Source: an uncultured virus (IMG/VR IMGVR_UViG_3300044637_002122)
Taxonomy: Duplodnaviria > Heunggongvirae > Uroviricota > Caudoviricetes
DNA length: 64,000 nucleotides
Virus record (IMG/VR): IMGVR_UViG_3300044637_002122
Strand: one strand, 5' to 3'
Part shown: piece by piece, positions 45,876 to 54,731 of the stretch
Numbering within the stretch: the stretch's first letter is position 1
Layout: each line of letters opens with the position of its first letter
The notes under the pieces: generated by a model
The model's input: only the letters and a program-made list of their open reading frames with translations
Database searches by the model: none
Told to the model about the DNA's origin: nothing
Position numbers and translations under genes: made by a program

Positions 45876-46182
45876 TGGGTTGGCCAAGCGTCGAGCAGCT
45901 TTCGGACGTCGGAAGCGTGACGCTCAGCCGCTCCTGCAGCCTCTGCCGCAGCTCGCAGTACCTCTGCCAGTACGTCCCCGATGGCGGCGGCGGCGTCACC
46001 ACCGGAGGCCGCGGAATCTCCAGCTGGCGCTGCGGGGCAACTGAGACGCTCGGCGAGCTGGTCGCGCAGGCTGACAGCATCAGCGCGCTCACCAGCGACA
46101 GCAGCGCGCAGACGGCGCTCGTTCTGCGCGGCAGCAGCGCGCTCCTTTTCGACAGCCTCGGAGAGGCGGGCTTGCATGGCAT
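45820..46182 (-). CDS. Rz1: o-spanin (Rz1-like lipoprotein) overlapping Rz in a shifted frame
   Basis: Hydrophobic signal and lipobox LSAC followed by a Pro-rich segment; start codon uncertain (46182 or 46188). Confidence 0.72.
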   Translation of the reverse strand: MPCKPASPRLSKRSALLPRRTSAVCALLSLVSALMLSACATSSPSVSVAPQRQLEIPRPPVVTPPPPSGTYWQRYCELRQRLQERLSVTLPTSESCSTLGQPNEAPPVQGRKEAAQAPRL

Positions 46183-46399
46183 CTTCACGCTCCTTCAGTT
46201 TGGTGTCAGCGACTGCCTGGGCGACCTTGACGTTGTCGACGAGCGACCCATGGGCCGCCTTCCACATGGCAGCGTCGGCAACCGCGGCATCAAGACGAGA
46301 GCTTGCCCACCAGTGCGACAGCGCGAGAGCGCCGCAGCAAGCGAGCAAGGCGACGATGATCCAGTCGCGCAGGCCGAGGGCCTTGAGCAGGCCGATCAC
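45872..46399 (-). CDS. Rz: i-spanin (Rz-like)
   Basis: N-terminal TM segment, coiled coil, C-terminal LLDAWP; overlapping lipoprotein gene. Confidence 0.75.
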   Translation of the reverse strand: MIGLLKALGLRDWIIVALLACCGALALSHWWASSRLDAAVADAAMWKAAHGSLVDNVKVAQAVADTKLKEREDAMQARLSEAVEKERAAAAQNERRLRAAVAGERADAVSLRDQLAERLSCPAAPAGDSAASGGDAAAAIGDVLAEVLRAAAEAAGAAERHASDVRKLLDAWPTQ

Positions 46400-46704
46400 C
46401 GCGCGATGCCCATTTTCCCAAGCACCAGGCGCTCCATGCGCGATGCGAGCATGACGGCCTCCCGTGGCTCGAGCTTCTCTCGGGTGGGCGCAAGATCGCC
46501 CGAGTAGAGCTCAAGCGACTCGGCGTAGGTCATCGGCTTGTAGCGCTCCAGGCTGAGCCGCTGCAGTTGCATGATCCCGTCGGCGACGTTGAGCATGTAC
46601 CCCCGCTGGTTGTCTCCGGTGGCCTTGGCGAAGACGTGCAGAACGGCCTCCTGCGAGACGAGGCCCTCGGCGTACTTGGGCTGCTGTGGCGATGGTTCAG
46701 ACAT
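46396..46704 (-). CDS. Hypothetical protein
   Basis: GGAG SD; coupled to Rz. Confidence 0.55.
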   Translation of the reverse strand: MSEPSPQQPKYAEGLVSQEAVLHVFAKATGDNQRGYMLNVADGIMQLQRLSLERYKPMTYAESLELYSGDLAPTREKLEPREAVMLASRMERLVLGKMGIAR

Positions 46705-46757
46705 GCGATCTCCAGGTGGTTGGCCAGGTCGGATTCATCTGCGCGCCGAGAGTTCCA

Positions 46758-49094
46758 TCAGTAGCCAGCCTTCGAGGCCGCCTCGTAGTTCTTGCCGCCG
46801 CCGCCGCTCATGTGCTTCGGCAGAACGAACTCGGTGAACGTGAGCGCCAGAGCGTCGCCGCCGTCAGGGCTGCGGATGCCGCGCTTCTCGAGCTTCTCCT
46901 TCGGCTCGAGCAGCTTGCGGCCGTTGCTGGACGTGTCGGGCTGCGGCGCGCAGATGTCGGCGATGAACGCCGGGTTGTTGACGATGCGGACAGGCTGTTC
47001 CTCGAACCAGTCCTTCATGCGCCACCACATCTCGGCCTTCTTGTTGGCGTAGATCTCGCTGTCGCTGGCGGCCTGGCCGAACATCACACCCACCACGGGG
47101 ACGTTCAGCTCCTGGAGGCGGTCGACGATGCCGGTGCCGATGCCGCCCTTGTCGACGAACATCGCGTCAGGGTGGAACTCGCGGTAGTAGTCGGCCAGCT
47201 TGCCGGCGACCTGCATGGAGTTCAGCTTCTCGTGGTACTCCACGCGGAACACGACACGGCCGCGGCGGAAGACGATGCAGGTACGGTCCTTGGTGCCCGC
47301 ACCATCGCTCGCGGGGTCGCAGCCGATGATCAGTGCGCCGGACTCGTCGTAGTAGTCGCTGGCAGAGGCGGCGTGGACGTAGTGCGGGTTGACCAGCGGG
47401 TTCTGGGTGCCGCTCTGGAAACCCTCAGAAGCTGTAAGGGGGTACTCCTGCTTGAACAGCCAAGCAAAACCTTCGCCATAGCTGGCGATCTTGTTCGCGC
47501 GCCACTGCATCTGCTCCAGATCAAGGCCGTACAGCTTCTGGATCTGCTCATCTTCCTCTGTGAGCTCAAGGTCCTTGCGCACCTTGGCGCGATACTCCGG
47601 CTGCCAGTACCACGGCACGAAGATGGCTTGGTAGCTAGTCTTGCCGGCCTCGGCGTCCTGCCACAGCTTGTGGAAGTAGTTGCCCAGGCCGTTGGCTGTG
47701 CTCTCGAGGATGACCTCGGTGCCATGGATGTCGGCGATGGTGTTGCCCAGGCCCGCCATGTGCGCCTCGGCGTTCTGCCAGAAGGCGGCCTCCGAGCCGT
47801 GCAGCAGCTGAGCGGTGTTGGAGCGGCCCACGTCCTTCGTTCCAGCTGTCGCCAACTTGTACCCGCCATCGAGCTTGTCGAAGATCAGCTCCTTGGCGTT
47901 GGTCGCGCCGGTGCTGACCGGCATTGGGTTGTGGTCGTGGTAGCGACGCACCATCGTGTATAGGTTGTCGGTCGCCTTCTGCTCGTGGGCAACGATGAAT
48001 GCGCTCTGGCCGCGGACGGTGGTGGTGCGGTGGTAGTAGCGCGAGCTGATGTAGGTCGAGTTGTGGGAGACCAAGCCATCGACGATGAAGGTCTTCGACG
48101 AGGTCTGCAGGTCCACCACATCGATCTCGCCCACCGGCTCGATGGAGATGATCTCGTCCCATGACTCCTGCTTACCGCCCCCGTCGACCGCACGATTGCC
48201 GCCGATCTTGCGGCCCTCAAGGTCGCTGGCATCGAACTGCACGCGCGAAGTGCGGCAGCGGTTCATGACGTAAGCGACGTCTGCGATTCGGCCAACCTCA
48301 AGCTGATGGACAGGCTTGGCGCCAAGCTTTGAACTCGTGCCGCAGCGACGATCGACCGTCTCCGAGTAGCGCACCCCGAGCGCATCCAGCCAGCCTCGCA
48401 TCCGCATCAGCACAGGCCCCTCGACCTGGCTGACGGTGAGCGCCACTTTGGACTCGCCGCGCGACGAGCGATGACCCTCGCCATCGATGATCCCAGCGAA
48501 CCACCCGTCTTCGTAGTCCAGCAGCGTCGGCGGCGCGCGGAACGCGGACCTGATCTTGTCCCCCGGCTTGGCCCAATCGATGTCGCGCCAGATCGTCATG
48601 ACGCCGCCGCGCTGCTTGAAAAGCATGCGATGGTCGCCAGTGGCCACCAGATCGCGTCCAGAGGCCAAGCGCACCCGGAACGCCTGCTTCCTGAAGCGAG
48701 CCACGTACTCAACGGTCGCGATCCTGAAGCGTCGGCAGGTCTTGCGATCCAGCTTCGTCAAGCCAGAGTCGCCGACGTTCTCGTCGACGGCCACTAGGCG
48801 ATCTCCGACGCGCACGCTGTCGAGAGTGCGCCAAGAAAGGTCCTCCATGAGCACCTTATGGTGGCCCGCCAAGCAACAACCCTGCTGCCGACCTTTGAGC
48901 GTAATCGCTCGCACGTAACCGATTTCGGCCCTCTGGCGCTCAAGCGCTTCGTGGATGAAGCGCTGGGCTCGGTTCCATATGAATGGGACCAGCGCCCCGC
49001 TCTTGTCCTTGACCTTCAGGCAGTGCGCGCAGAAGACCTCCAGATTGTCCCGCAGCAGCTGCAGCCCGACGAGTCGATGGTCCTTCTCGCTCAT
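46758..49094 (-). CDS. terL: Terminase large subunit, intein-containing
   Basis: PF.WN.AQ, LKGRQQGC|STY (Walker A), LLHGSEAAFW (Walker B), ESTANG, FVPWY, FKQEYP, IGCDPA, SPDGGDALALTF. Confidence 0.93.
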   Translation of the reverse strand: MSEKDHRLVGLQLLRDNLEVFCAHCLKVKDKSGALVPFIWNRAQRFIHEALERQRAEIGYVRAITLKGRQQGCCLAGHHKVLMEDLSWRTLDSVRVGDRLVAVDENVGDSGLTKLDRKTCRRFRIATVEYVARFRKQAFRVRLASGRDLVATGDHRMLFKQRGGVMTIWRDIDWAKPGDKIRSAFRAPPTLLDYEDGWFAGIIDGEGHRSSRGESKVALTVSQVEGPVLMRMRGWLDALGVRYSETVDRRCGTSSKLGAKPVHQLEVGRIADVAYVMNRCRTSRVQFDASDLEGRKIGGNRAVDGGGKQESWDEIISIEPVGEIDVVDLQTSSKTFIVDGLVSHNSTYISSRYYHRTTTVRGQSAFIVAHEQKATDNLYTMVRRYHDHNPMPVSTGATNAKELIFDKLDGGYKLATAGTKDVGRSNTAQLLHGSEAAFWQNAEAHMAGLGNTIADIHGTEVILESTANGLGNYFHKLWQDAEAGKTSYQAIFVPWYWQPEYRAKVRKDLELTEEDEQIQKLYGLDLEQMQWRANKIASYGEGFAWLFKQEYPLTASEGFQSGTQNPLVNPHYVHAASASDYYDESGALIIGCDPASDGAGTKDRTCIVFRRGRVVFRVEYHEKLNSMQVAGKLADYYREFHPDAMFVDKGGIGTGIVDRLQELNVPVVGVMFGQAASDSEIYANKKAEMWWRMKDWFEEQPVRIVNNPAFIADICAPQPDTSSNGRKLLEPKEKLEKRGIRSPDGGDALALTFTEFVLPKHMSGGGGKNYEAASKAGY
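48060..48875 (-). mobile_element. Intein (272 aa) with one LAGLIDADG motif, inserted in the TerL Walker A motif
   Basis: Starts CLAGHHKVLM; block B ATGDHR; WFAGIIDGEG; ends VVDLQT..FIVDGLVSHN followed by Ser. Confidence 0.92.
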
Positions 49095-49282
49095 CGCCCG
49101 CGCTTCGCCTTCTCGATCGCAGCCGCGGCATCTCGCTTCATGCGCGCGTCGGCGTTCGCTCGCAGCTGGCGCATGACGTCGTCGACGAGGGACTTGCGCG
49201 CGGCCTCTCGGCGCTGGTGCTCAGCCCAGGCCTCGATGGCGGCCTGGACGGCTGGGTGTCGGCGTTTGATGCTGGTGCTCAT
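49091..49282 (-). CDS. Hypothetical protein
   Basis: ATGA coupling to terL. Confidence 0.55.
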   Translation of the reverse strand: MSTSIKRRHPAVQAAIEAWAEHQRREAARKSLVDDVMRQLRANADARMKRDAAAAIEKAKRGR

Positions 49283-49318
49283 GCGACCTTCGATGGTCGC
49301 AGGCGCAGCGCGTTCCAG

Positions 49319-49672
49319 TCACTCCGAGAACGCGGAAGCCAGGTCCCACACACTGGCGACGCCGCGCACCGGCTTGCGGCGCTGGCGGTACGCGCGGCAC
49401 GCCTCGGCGTTGGTGCCGGCGCGCGGGCGCTTCTTGCACGGCAGGCTTGAGGCCTCGTACACGGGGGCGAGGACCTGCGGCGCCGATGTGGGCACCCAGT
49501 CGCAGATGCGGACCTTCTTGATCTTGTACCGCGATCGCAGGCGCCCAAGAGCCCCGGCGACGTGGCGCTGCTCGTGCAGCGGGAAAAAGGCCTTCACCTC
49601 GATGGAGGTCATCGGACCGATGGACTGCAGGACGTCGAGCACGTCCTGGTGGCGCAGGGCTGGCTTCTTCAT
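49319..49672 (-). CDS. Hypothetical, possible winged-HTH protein (117 aa)
   Basis: GGAGG SD before MKKPALRHQDVLDVLQSIGPMT. Confidence 0.55.
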   Translation of the reverse strand: MKKPALRHQDVLDVLQSIGPMTSIEVKAFFPLHEQRHVAGALGRLRSRYKIKKVRICDWVPTSAPQVLAPVYEASSLPCKKRPRAGTNAEACRAYRQRRKPVRGVASVWDLASAFSE

Positions 49673-49968
49673 GGCTTCTTGGCCTCCTTGCGGATCTGGC
49701 GCACGCGCGCCTCGGTGACGTTGAGATGGTGGGCCAGCGCAGTCGACTTCCAGCCCGGGCGCGCGAGCACCTCCTTGCGAAGCGTTGCGGCCTTGATGCG
49801 AGCATCCTCGCCGCGGCGCCAGGTCGCGAGCAGCTCCTCGACACGCCGCATGCCGATGGCCTTGACCACGCTCGAAGGCAGCTCGTAGGTGCTGACCTTG
49901 CGGTCGCCGTCGCTGTAGGTGCGGCGCTTGATGCCAGAGCGCAGCCTGCGAGTCTCGAGCACGCGCAT
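49669..49968 (-). CDS. Hypothetical protein with C-terminal HTH (99 aa)
   Basis: GGAGG SD; STALAHHLNVTEARVRQIR. Confidence 0.6.
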   Translation of the reverse strand: MRVLETRRLRSGIKRRTYSDGDRKVSTYELPSSVVKAIGMRRVEELLATWRRGEDARIKAATLRKEVLARPGWKSTALAHHLNVTEARVRQIRKEAKKP

Positions 49969-50951
49969 CAGTACCTCCCGCGCGCCGGACGAACCGACAC
50001 CCTGGTCTCGTAGTGGCCCGCCCGAGGCGGCTGCAGGTTGACCTGCTCCACGGTGAGCACCAGGCCGCACTCCTTGGCGCTGGCCACCAGGTCCTCGAGG
50101 GCGCGGCGGAAGAAGTCCGCGGCGTCTGGAGCGGCCCCTTGCGGCGCCCCATCTGGCTGCGGGGCGGCGATTCCGTGTGCGCGCTCGATGGCGCGGGCGA
50201 ACGCCATGCGCGTTGCTTCGCCGCGAGGTTGGCGCATGTCAGCACGGTCGAATGCGTCCTGAATCTGCCTCTCCGTCAGCGGCGCCCGTGATGCGGACGC
50301 GAGGGCGGCCTGCAACCGCTGAATCTCGGCGTGCGCGGCCATGAGTCCATCGGCAGCCGCTCGCAGGCCAGCGATGGCTTCTTTCAGCGCCAGTTCCCGC
50401 GGCGCGGACGAGAGGGTGGCGCGGCCATTCCACGCCGACCACAGAAGCTCGTTCAGGCTGCGCTGAAGCGGCATCAGCATGTCTTCGTGTTGGCCTTCGC
50501 AGTGTCCGCTGTCGCGCAGCCAGCGGTCAAACGCCGCCCGCTCGTCAGCCAGCCCCTGCGCCGGCTGCTCGGCCTGCGCAGCGTCTTGCAGCTTCCCGGG
50601 GATAACCCCGTCATTTTGCCCGGTTATCGCACCCTCTCCGTGCGCTTCCGCCACCGGCCCCAATTCAGCGGGCTCGTAGGTCGCCATGAAGATGTCCGGC
50701 TTGCAGGGGTAGTGCTCCACCTTTATGCCGGTGATGATCCAGTCGCCAAGGCTCACCTCCATGCGGCCTTCAAGCGTCTCGATGTAGAAGTCCGCGCGCC
50801 AAACCTTGCGGTCTTTCTGGTGCCAGCTTGCCGCGCCACGCTTGACGCCAGCAGGACACTCCGCGCCATCCAAAACAATGGCGTCGCGCAAGGCTTCCGT
50901 GAGCTGCACGGCCTCAATCACGACGGGCTTCTTTCGATACTTGGTTTGCAT
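49968..50951 (-). CDS. Mosaic phage protein with N-terminal YRKKPVVIEA (PGDYG-like) domain
   Basis: AAGGAG SD; KYRKKPVVIEAVQ..IETLEG.M..GDWII..YPCKPDIF..TYE. Confidence 0.7.
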   Translation of the reverse strand: MQTKYRKKPVVIEAVQLTEALRDAIVLDGAECPAGVKRGAASWHQKDRKVWRADFYIETLEGRMEVSLGDWIITGIKVEHYPCKPDIFMATYEPAELGPVAEAHGEGAITGQNDGVIPGKLQDAAQAEQPAQGLADERAAFDRWLRDSGHCEGQHEDMLMPLQRSLNELLWSAWNGRATLSSAPRELALKEAIAGLRAAADGLMAAHAEIQRLQAALASASRAPLTERQIQDAFDRADMRQPRGEATRMAFARAIERAHGIAAPQPDGAPQGAAPDAADFFRRALEDLVASAKECGLVLTVEQVNLQPPRAGHYETRVSVRPARGRY

Positions 50952-50984
50952 CTCTGCTCCTTGGTTTGTGCGCCACCAGGCGCT

Positions 50985-51041
50985 GCATAACCCCTCGCAC
51001 AAGCCGGCGCCTAACGGCGCGGCTTTCCTCGAACGTTAGGC
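50985..51041 (-). mobile_element. Solitary attC-like palindrome (57 bp)
   Basis: Minus strand GCCTAAC...AAGCCGCGCC-GTTA-GGCGCCGGCTT...GTTATGC; RYYYAAC / GTT ends; imperfect inner stem with a one-base bulge. Confidence 0.45.
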
Positions 51042-51085
51042 CCGCCACGCTTGCATTGCAGCGGCCACGCAGACTTCGGCGATGA

Positions 51086-51394
51086 TCACGCTGGGTTCCT
51101 CTTGTCCAGTCCGCAAGCACGCAGCGCGCGGTACAGCAGGTCGTACACGCCGCGCCGCGTGCGGTGGTGGCCCTCGACGTACGCCGCGATGGCGTCATCG
51201 TCCTCGCCCTCGAGGAGGCCCTTCTTCCAAGCCGCACGCAGAGCACCAGGGAACGGCGCCGTCTTCGTGAGCACGACGCGGTAGTTGCCACGCTCAGGCG
51301 CTCCAGTGCCGTCGTTGGCGATCTCGACGATGCCGAGCGTTCGCTTGCGCGACTCGTCGCCGCGGGGGATGAGATCGATGGTGCAGCGGAGCAC
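51086..51394 (-). CDS. Hypothetical conserved phage protein
   Basis: GAGG SD and GTG; MLRCTIDLIPRGDE..LG..EIANDGTG..GNY. Confidence 0.65.
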   Translation of the reverse strand: MLRCTIDLIPRGDESRKRTLGIVEIANDGTGAPERGNYRVVLTKTAPFPGALRAAWKKGLLEGEDDDAIAAYVEGHHRTRRGVYDLLYRALRACGLDKRNPA

Positions 51395-51401
51395 GGCCGC
51401 C

Positions 51402-51692
51402 TCACATGAACTGGTGAACGACCCAGCCCCCCATCAGCGCGATGAGCGGCCGAAGCAGGAAATTCAGCAGCGACTTGCCGCCATCCTCGCCGTCCGCGGA
51501 CTTGAGGCCGTACTGGTAGGTCAGGTAGCTCGCGATCATCGACACGCCGATGGCGGCCGGGATGCTGAGCGGCGGGAGGCCGAAGGTCGGAACGGCGAAC
51601 CATCCCCAGAGGATGGAGAGCACGAAGCCGCTCCAGACGGCGGCGATCGAGATGATCGCCACGAGCATGATGAAGGAGATGAGAAATGCCAT
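51402..51692 (-). CDS. Small multi-pass membrane protein
   Basis: AAGGAG SD; LSILWGWFAVPTFGLP.LSIP.AIG. Confidence 0.7.
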   Translation of the reverse strand: MAFLISFIMLVAIISIAAVWSGFVLSILWGWFAVPTFGLPPLSIPAAIGVSMIASYLTYQYGLKSADGEDGGKSLLNFLLRPLIALMGGWVVHQFM

Positions 51693-51753
51693 GTGGGCTC
51701 CTTGTTGATGGAGCCCATCTGATCGCTGGCGCGTCAGGAAGTTCCGCGCGGCG

Positions 51754-52008
51754 CTACCCGATCCGATGCCCGTCTGCGGCCAGCCTCTCGGCGACGATCC
51801 TGCGGTGGACCCACTCGAGCACGCGCACCGGGCTGACGCTGTGGTTGCGCGAGCCGTTGGTGCCGACGCTGAGCAGCTCGCCAGTCGGGAAGCCGGGCGG
51901 CTTGGCCCCGCGGTTCCACGATACCGTGATGCGCTCCTGGCCTTCGAGGATCGCGCGCGCGCAATGAAAAACCAGGGCCTGGGTCTTGGGATCTTGCGCG
52001 AGGCTCAT
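51754..52008 (-). CDS. Hypothetical protein
   Basis: GAGG SD, ATGA coupling; PPGFPTGELLS. Confidence 0.55.
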   Translation of the reverse strand: MSLAQDPKTQALVFHCARAILEGQERITVSWNRGAKPPGFPTGELLSVGTNGSRNHSVSPVRVLEWVHRRIVAERLAADGHRIG

Positions 52009-52316
52009 GCCGCCTCGACAGCGTCGCGATCGAGCAGGCCCCTGAGCCGCAAGGCAAGCCCCCACCTCGTGCGCGCCCCAACCTTCCGCGCGATCGAGTC
52101 CAGTACCAGCGCCACCTCGCCGGCACCGGCCAGGCCCACGGCAGCGGCGATCTCGGCTGCCGTGCGGTCCTCGAGCACCAGCGCAGCCACCCCGGACTCG
52201 CGCGGCGTCAGCGAGCGGTCAGGCGGCCGCGGGGGCTCGACCACGCCCGGGCGCCACATGCCGGGGCGCGGGCGCAGATTGCCCTCGGGGAAGGCCTGGA
52301 CAGGGTCCCACCTCAT
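52005..52316 (-). CDS. LuxR-type HTH protein (degenerate)
   Basis: LTPRE..VAALV..RTAAEIAAAVGL..I.RKVGARTR. Confidence 0.6.
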   Translation of the reverse strand: MRWDPVQAFPEGNLRPRPGMWRPGVVEPPRPPDRSLTPRESGVAALVLEDRTAAEIAAAVGLAGAGEVALVLDSIARKVGARTRWGLALRLRGLLDRDAVEAA

Positions 52317-52930
52317 GACTGCGCCGCCTGGCGGCCAAGGGCTTCGAGCATGTCTTCGTACACCGAGCTCTTCTTGTCGTCCTTGTCCAGGTCGAAGGCC
52401 TCGCGCTCGCCCTTGCGGACGCGCTCGTCGATGTCGGCCAACTTCTTCAGGTCCTCGACAAGCTGCGGCCGCTCCATCGCCCGGCGCATGGCATCGTTCG
52501 CCCGGTCAACGCCGCGCTCGTCGGGGTTGCGCACCATGAGCACGATCTCCTCGATCGCGGTCATGCTCGAGACGACGCCCTCCATCTGGGCCAGCAGATC
52601 GGCGTGGATCTTCTTCAGGCGCCTGAGGCCCTGGCGGTGCTCGAGGACCACGTCGGCGGCGGCTTGGGCGGCGACTTTGATCTCGGTCGGATTTGGCGTG
52701 GAATTCGGATCACACCGCCCGGAAGCCGCCTGTATAAGCAGCGAATTGGTTGTCTGCTCAACCTCTTGTCGCTTGTCCTGCACCCAGCCGTACTTCTTGG
52801 CCCTCTTGCCGATTCCAGACGGATCGACGCCGTATTCCGCGCCGAGCTGCAGGTTTGACTTCTGCCCTATGCGGTAGTGGCGCTCGATGGCGACCCAGTC
52901 GATCGCGTCGTCTTGCTTACGCCTGGCCAT
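52313..52930 (-). CDS. terS: Terminase small subunit
   Basis: DW.AIERHYR.G..S...G.EYGV....I.KRAKKYGW N-terminal HTH; C-terminal EREAFDLD. Confidence 0.72.
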   Translation of the reverse strand: MARRKQDDAIDWVAIERHYRIGQKSNLQLGAEYGVDPSGIGKRAKKYGWVQDKRQEVEQTTNSLLIQAASGRCDPNSTPNPTEIKVAAQAAADVVLEHRQGLRRLKKIHADLLAQMEGVVSSMTAIEEIVLMVRNPDERGVDRANDAMRRAMERPQLVEDLKKLADIDERVRKGEREAFDLDKDDKKSSVYEDMLEALGRQAAQS

Positions 52931-52962
52931 GGTTCGTGCTCTCTTCGCTCATCCGCCCAAGC

Positions 52963-53475
52963 CTACCAGCGGCAGCGCTTGCGGCCACCCGAGTCGGCGG
53001 AGATCTTGCGGATCTCGGCGCCCACGTCGCGCGGCTGGAGTTGGAACTTGCCCAGGAAGTCCGACCGGCTCGATGGCATGCGCTCGAGCATCTCGCGGTA
53101 CTCGAGGTCCATGTCGCGGCGCATCTTCGCGATGTCGGCATCCGTGAGCGGAGTCTCTATGAACCGGACGCGGTCGTCGACAGGGCCGATCTCCCCGCGG
53201 ATGATCTGAGAGGCGTCGGGCGGCGTGGCAACGTACCGGCGCAGTCGCGGCCCATCGGGAAGCTCGCGCGCAAGATCGGCCTGCCAGTCGGGGTGGACAG
53301 TGGCCACGAAGCCTCCGTTAGGTCCGCGCATGGCGAACCGTAGCGGCGCGACTCCAGCCCAGAAGGGATCAAGCGCCCGCACCGGCACCACCCTCATCAG
53401 GCTATCAGCCCTGGCGATGGCTGGGGCGGCGCTGGCGGCCAGGATGCCAGCGAGTAAGCTGCGGCGGGCGATCAT
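52963..53475 (-). CDS. Twin-arginine-signal protein containing a major-capsid-like fragment
   Basis: ARRSLLAGILAASAAPAIARA; GFVATVHPDWQADL..GEIGPVDDRVRFIETP aligns by eye with MCP GYVALIHPDCEADV..NELGKVEDVRYLSST. Confidence 0.62.
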   Translation of the reverse strand: MIARRSLLAGILAASAAPAIARADSLMRVVPVRALDPFWAGVAPLRFAMRGPNGGFVATVHPDWQADLARELPDGPRLRRYVATPPDASQIIRGEIGPVDDRVRFIETPLTDADIAKMRRDMDLEYREMLERMPSSRSDFLGKFQLQPRDVGAEIRKISADSGGRKRCRW

Positions 53476-53699
53476 CGGATCTCCGGAACCAGGTCGGGCG
53501 GAATCACGCCCTGCTCGCCCCTGGCTCTGCCGTTGCGCCGATAGAGCATCACCACGCGGAACTCACCCGGCAGCGCGCCGGTGGCGGCCACCTCGTCGCG
53601 CAGGGTGTCGCACCGCGCCGAGAGGCGACGCACCTGCAGGAGCGGATCGGTCATGCGATCGACGTCGGCCCAGAGCCGGCTCAGGAAGCCCTCAGCCAT
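53472..53699 (-). CDS. Hypothetical protein
   Basis: GGAGG SD; coupled. Confidence 0.5.
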   Translation of the reverse strand: MAEGFLSRLWADVDRMTDPLLQVRRLSARCDTLRDEVAATGALPGEFRVVMLYRRNGRARGEQGVIPPDLVPEIR

Positions 53700-54126
53700 G
53701 GCCGACCTCCTCCCTCAGCGCCGGCGCCCCATCCGGCCCGGGCTGCGGGCTGATGCCCCAGGCCTCGAGCCGCTGGCGCAGCACCAGGGCGTAGCGCTCC
53801 ATGTGGGTGGCCTGCTGCAGGAGCAGGTCGCGCTGGTCGGCGGCCTCGAACTGGGGGCTGGCCAGGAAGCCGCGCAGGGCCTCGAGCCGGGCCTCGAGCA
53901 CCAGGTGCTCGGCGTAGGCGCGGCGCTGGTGTGGCAGCAGGAAGTCGGCCGGGCCGCGGTAGGCGTTGTGGAAGCCATCGGGCAGCAGCGCGCGGGCGCG
54001 GGCCATGGCCTTGCCCACCGCAGCTCCGCCGGCGGCCGCCACATGGGTCGCGGTGATCAGCTGGTCCAGGGCCTCCTGGGTGGCGCGCAGGGCGGACAGT
54101 AGTGCGTCCAACGGGGGCTCACGCAT
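53692..54126 (-). CDS. Hypothetical protein with C-terminal crAss001_48-like helical domain
   Basis: PHQRR..E...L..RL..L..FL....F....Q..LL..Q...M..Y..VL..RL. Confidence 0.6.
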   Translation of the reverse strand: MREPPLDALLSALRATQEALDQLITATHVAAAGGAAVGKAMARARALLPDGFHNAYRGPADFLLPHQRRAYAEHLVLEARLEALRGFLASPQFEAADQRDLLLQQATHMERYALVLRQRLEAWGISPQPGPDGAPALREEVGHG

Positions 54127-54442
54127 GCTCGAGCTCCCGCGTCTCGGTGGACTCGGTGTCGACCGACGGGCCGGCGATGGCGACCAGATCAGCCGGCCGC
54201 CAGGGCAGCTCCCGGAAGCGGCGGAAGATCATTTGCCCGAATGGCTGCTCACACTGAGCACCGAAGAGGCCTGACGCCTCCACGACCCACCCCGGTTCAC
54301 GCGACCACGCGAACACGGGCGGCGATCCCTCCGACGGGAAGGCCTCGCGGACATCGGACCACCTCTTGATGACGCCCGTGCGGCCGGCGTTCAGGGAGCC
54401 GGGCCTCACCACCATCACCATCACGCCAGGAGCCAGCTTCAC
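54119..54442 (-). CDS. Hypothetical (SH3/KOW-like) protein
   Basis: GAGGAGG SD and GTG; LAPGVMVMVV..NAGRTGVI. Confidence 0.5.
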   Translation of the reverse strand: MKLAPGVMVMVVRPGSLNAGRTGVIKRWSDVREAFPSEGSPPVFAWSREPGWVVEASGLFGAQCEQPFGQMIFRRFRELPWRPADLVAIAGPSVDTESTETRELEHA

Positions 54443-54630
54443 AGCGCGGCCTCCTCGACGAGGCGGACCAGGCGGCCGCGGTGCTGGGCAGCGTAGGCCT
54501 CGGCCTTGCCGCGGTCGACGAAGAGCGCCGGCGGCGCGCCGATGCACTTCACACCCCAGGCCTCGAGGGACGGCAGATCCCTCAGGGCGGTGTTGCGCAC
54601 GACGTCGGCGAGGGTGATCTCTGCTGGCAA
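54439..54630 (-). CDS. Hypothetical protein (63 aa, TTG start)
   Basis: GGAG, 7 nt, TTG; LFVDRGKAEAYAAQHRG.LV.L. Confidence 0.5.
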   Translation of the reverse strand: MPAEITLADVVRNTALRDLPSLEAWGVKCIGAPPALFVDRGKAEAYAAQHRGRLVRLVEEAAL

Positions 54631-54731
54631 GGGTCGGCTCCGTTCTTGATCAGGAGCCGATCTGAGCGGCTGTACGCACCAAAGTTCCGTGGCCACGCAA
54701 GAATTTTTGTTCTTGATGGGCTCTTGATGGA

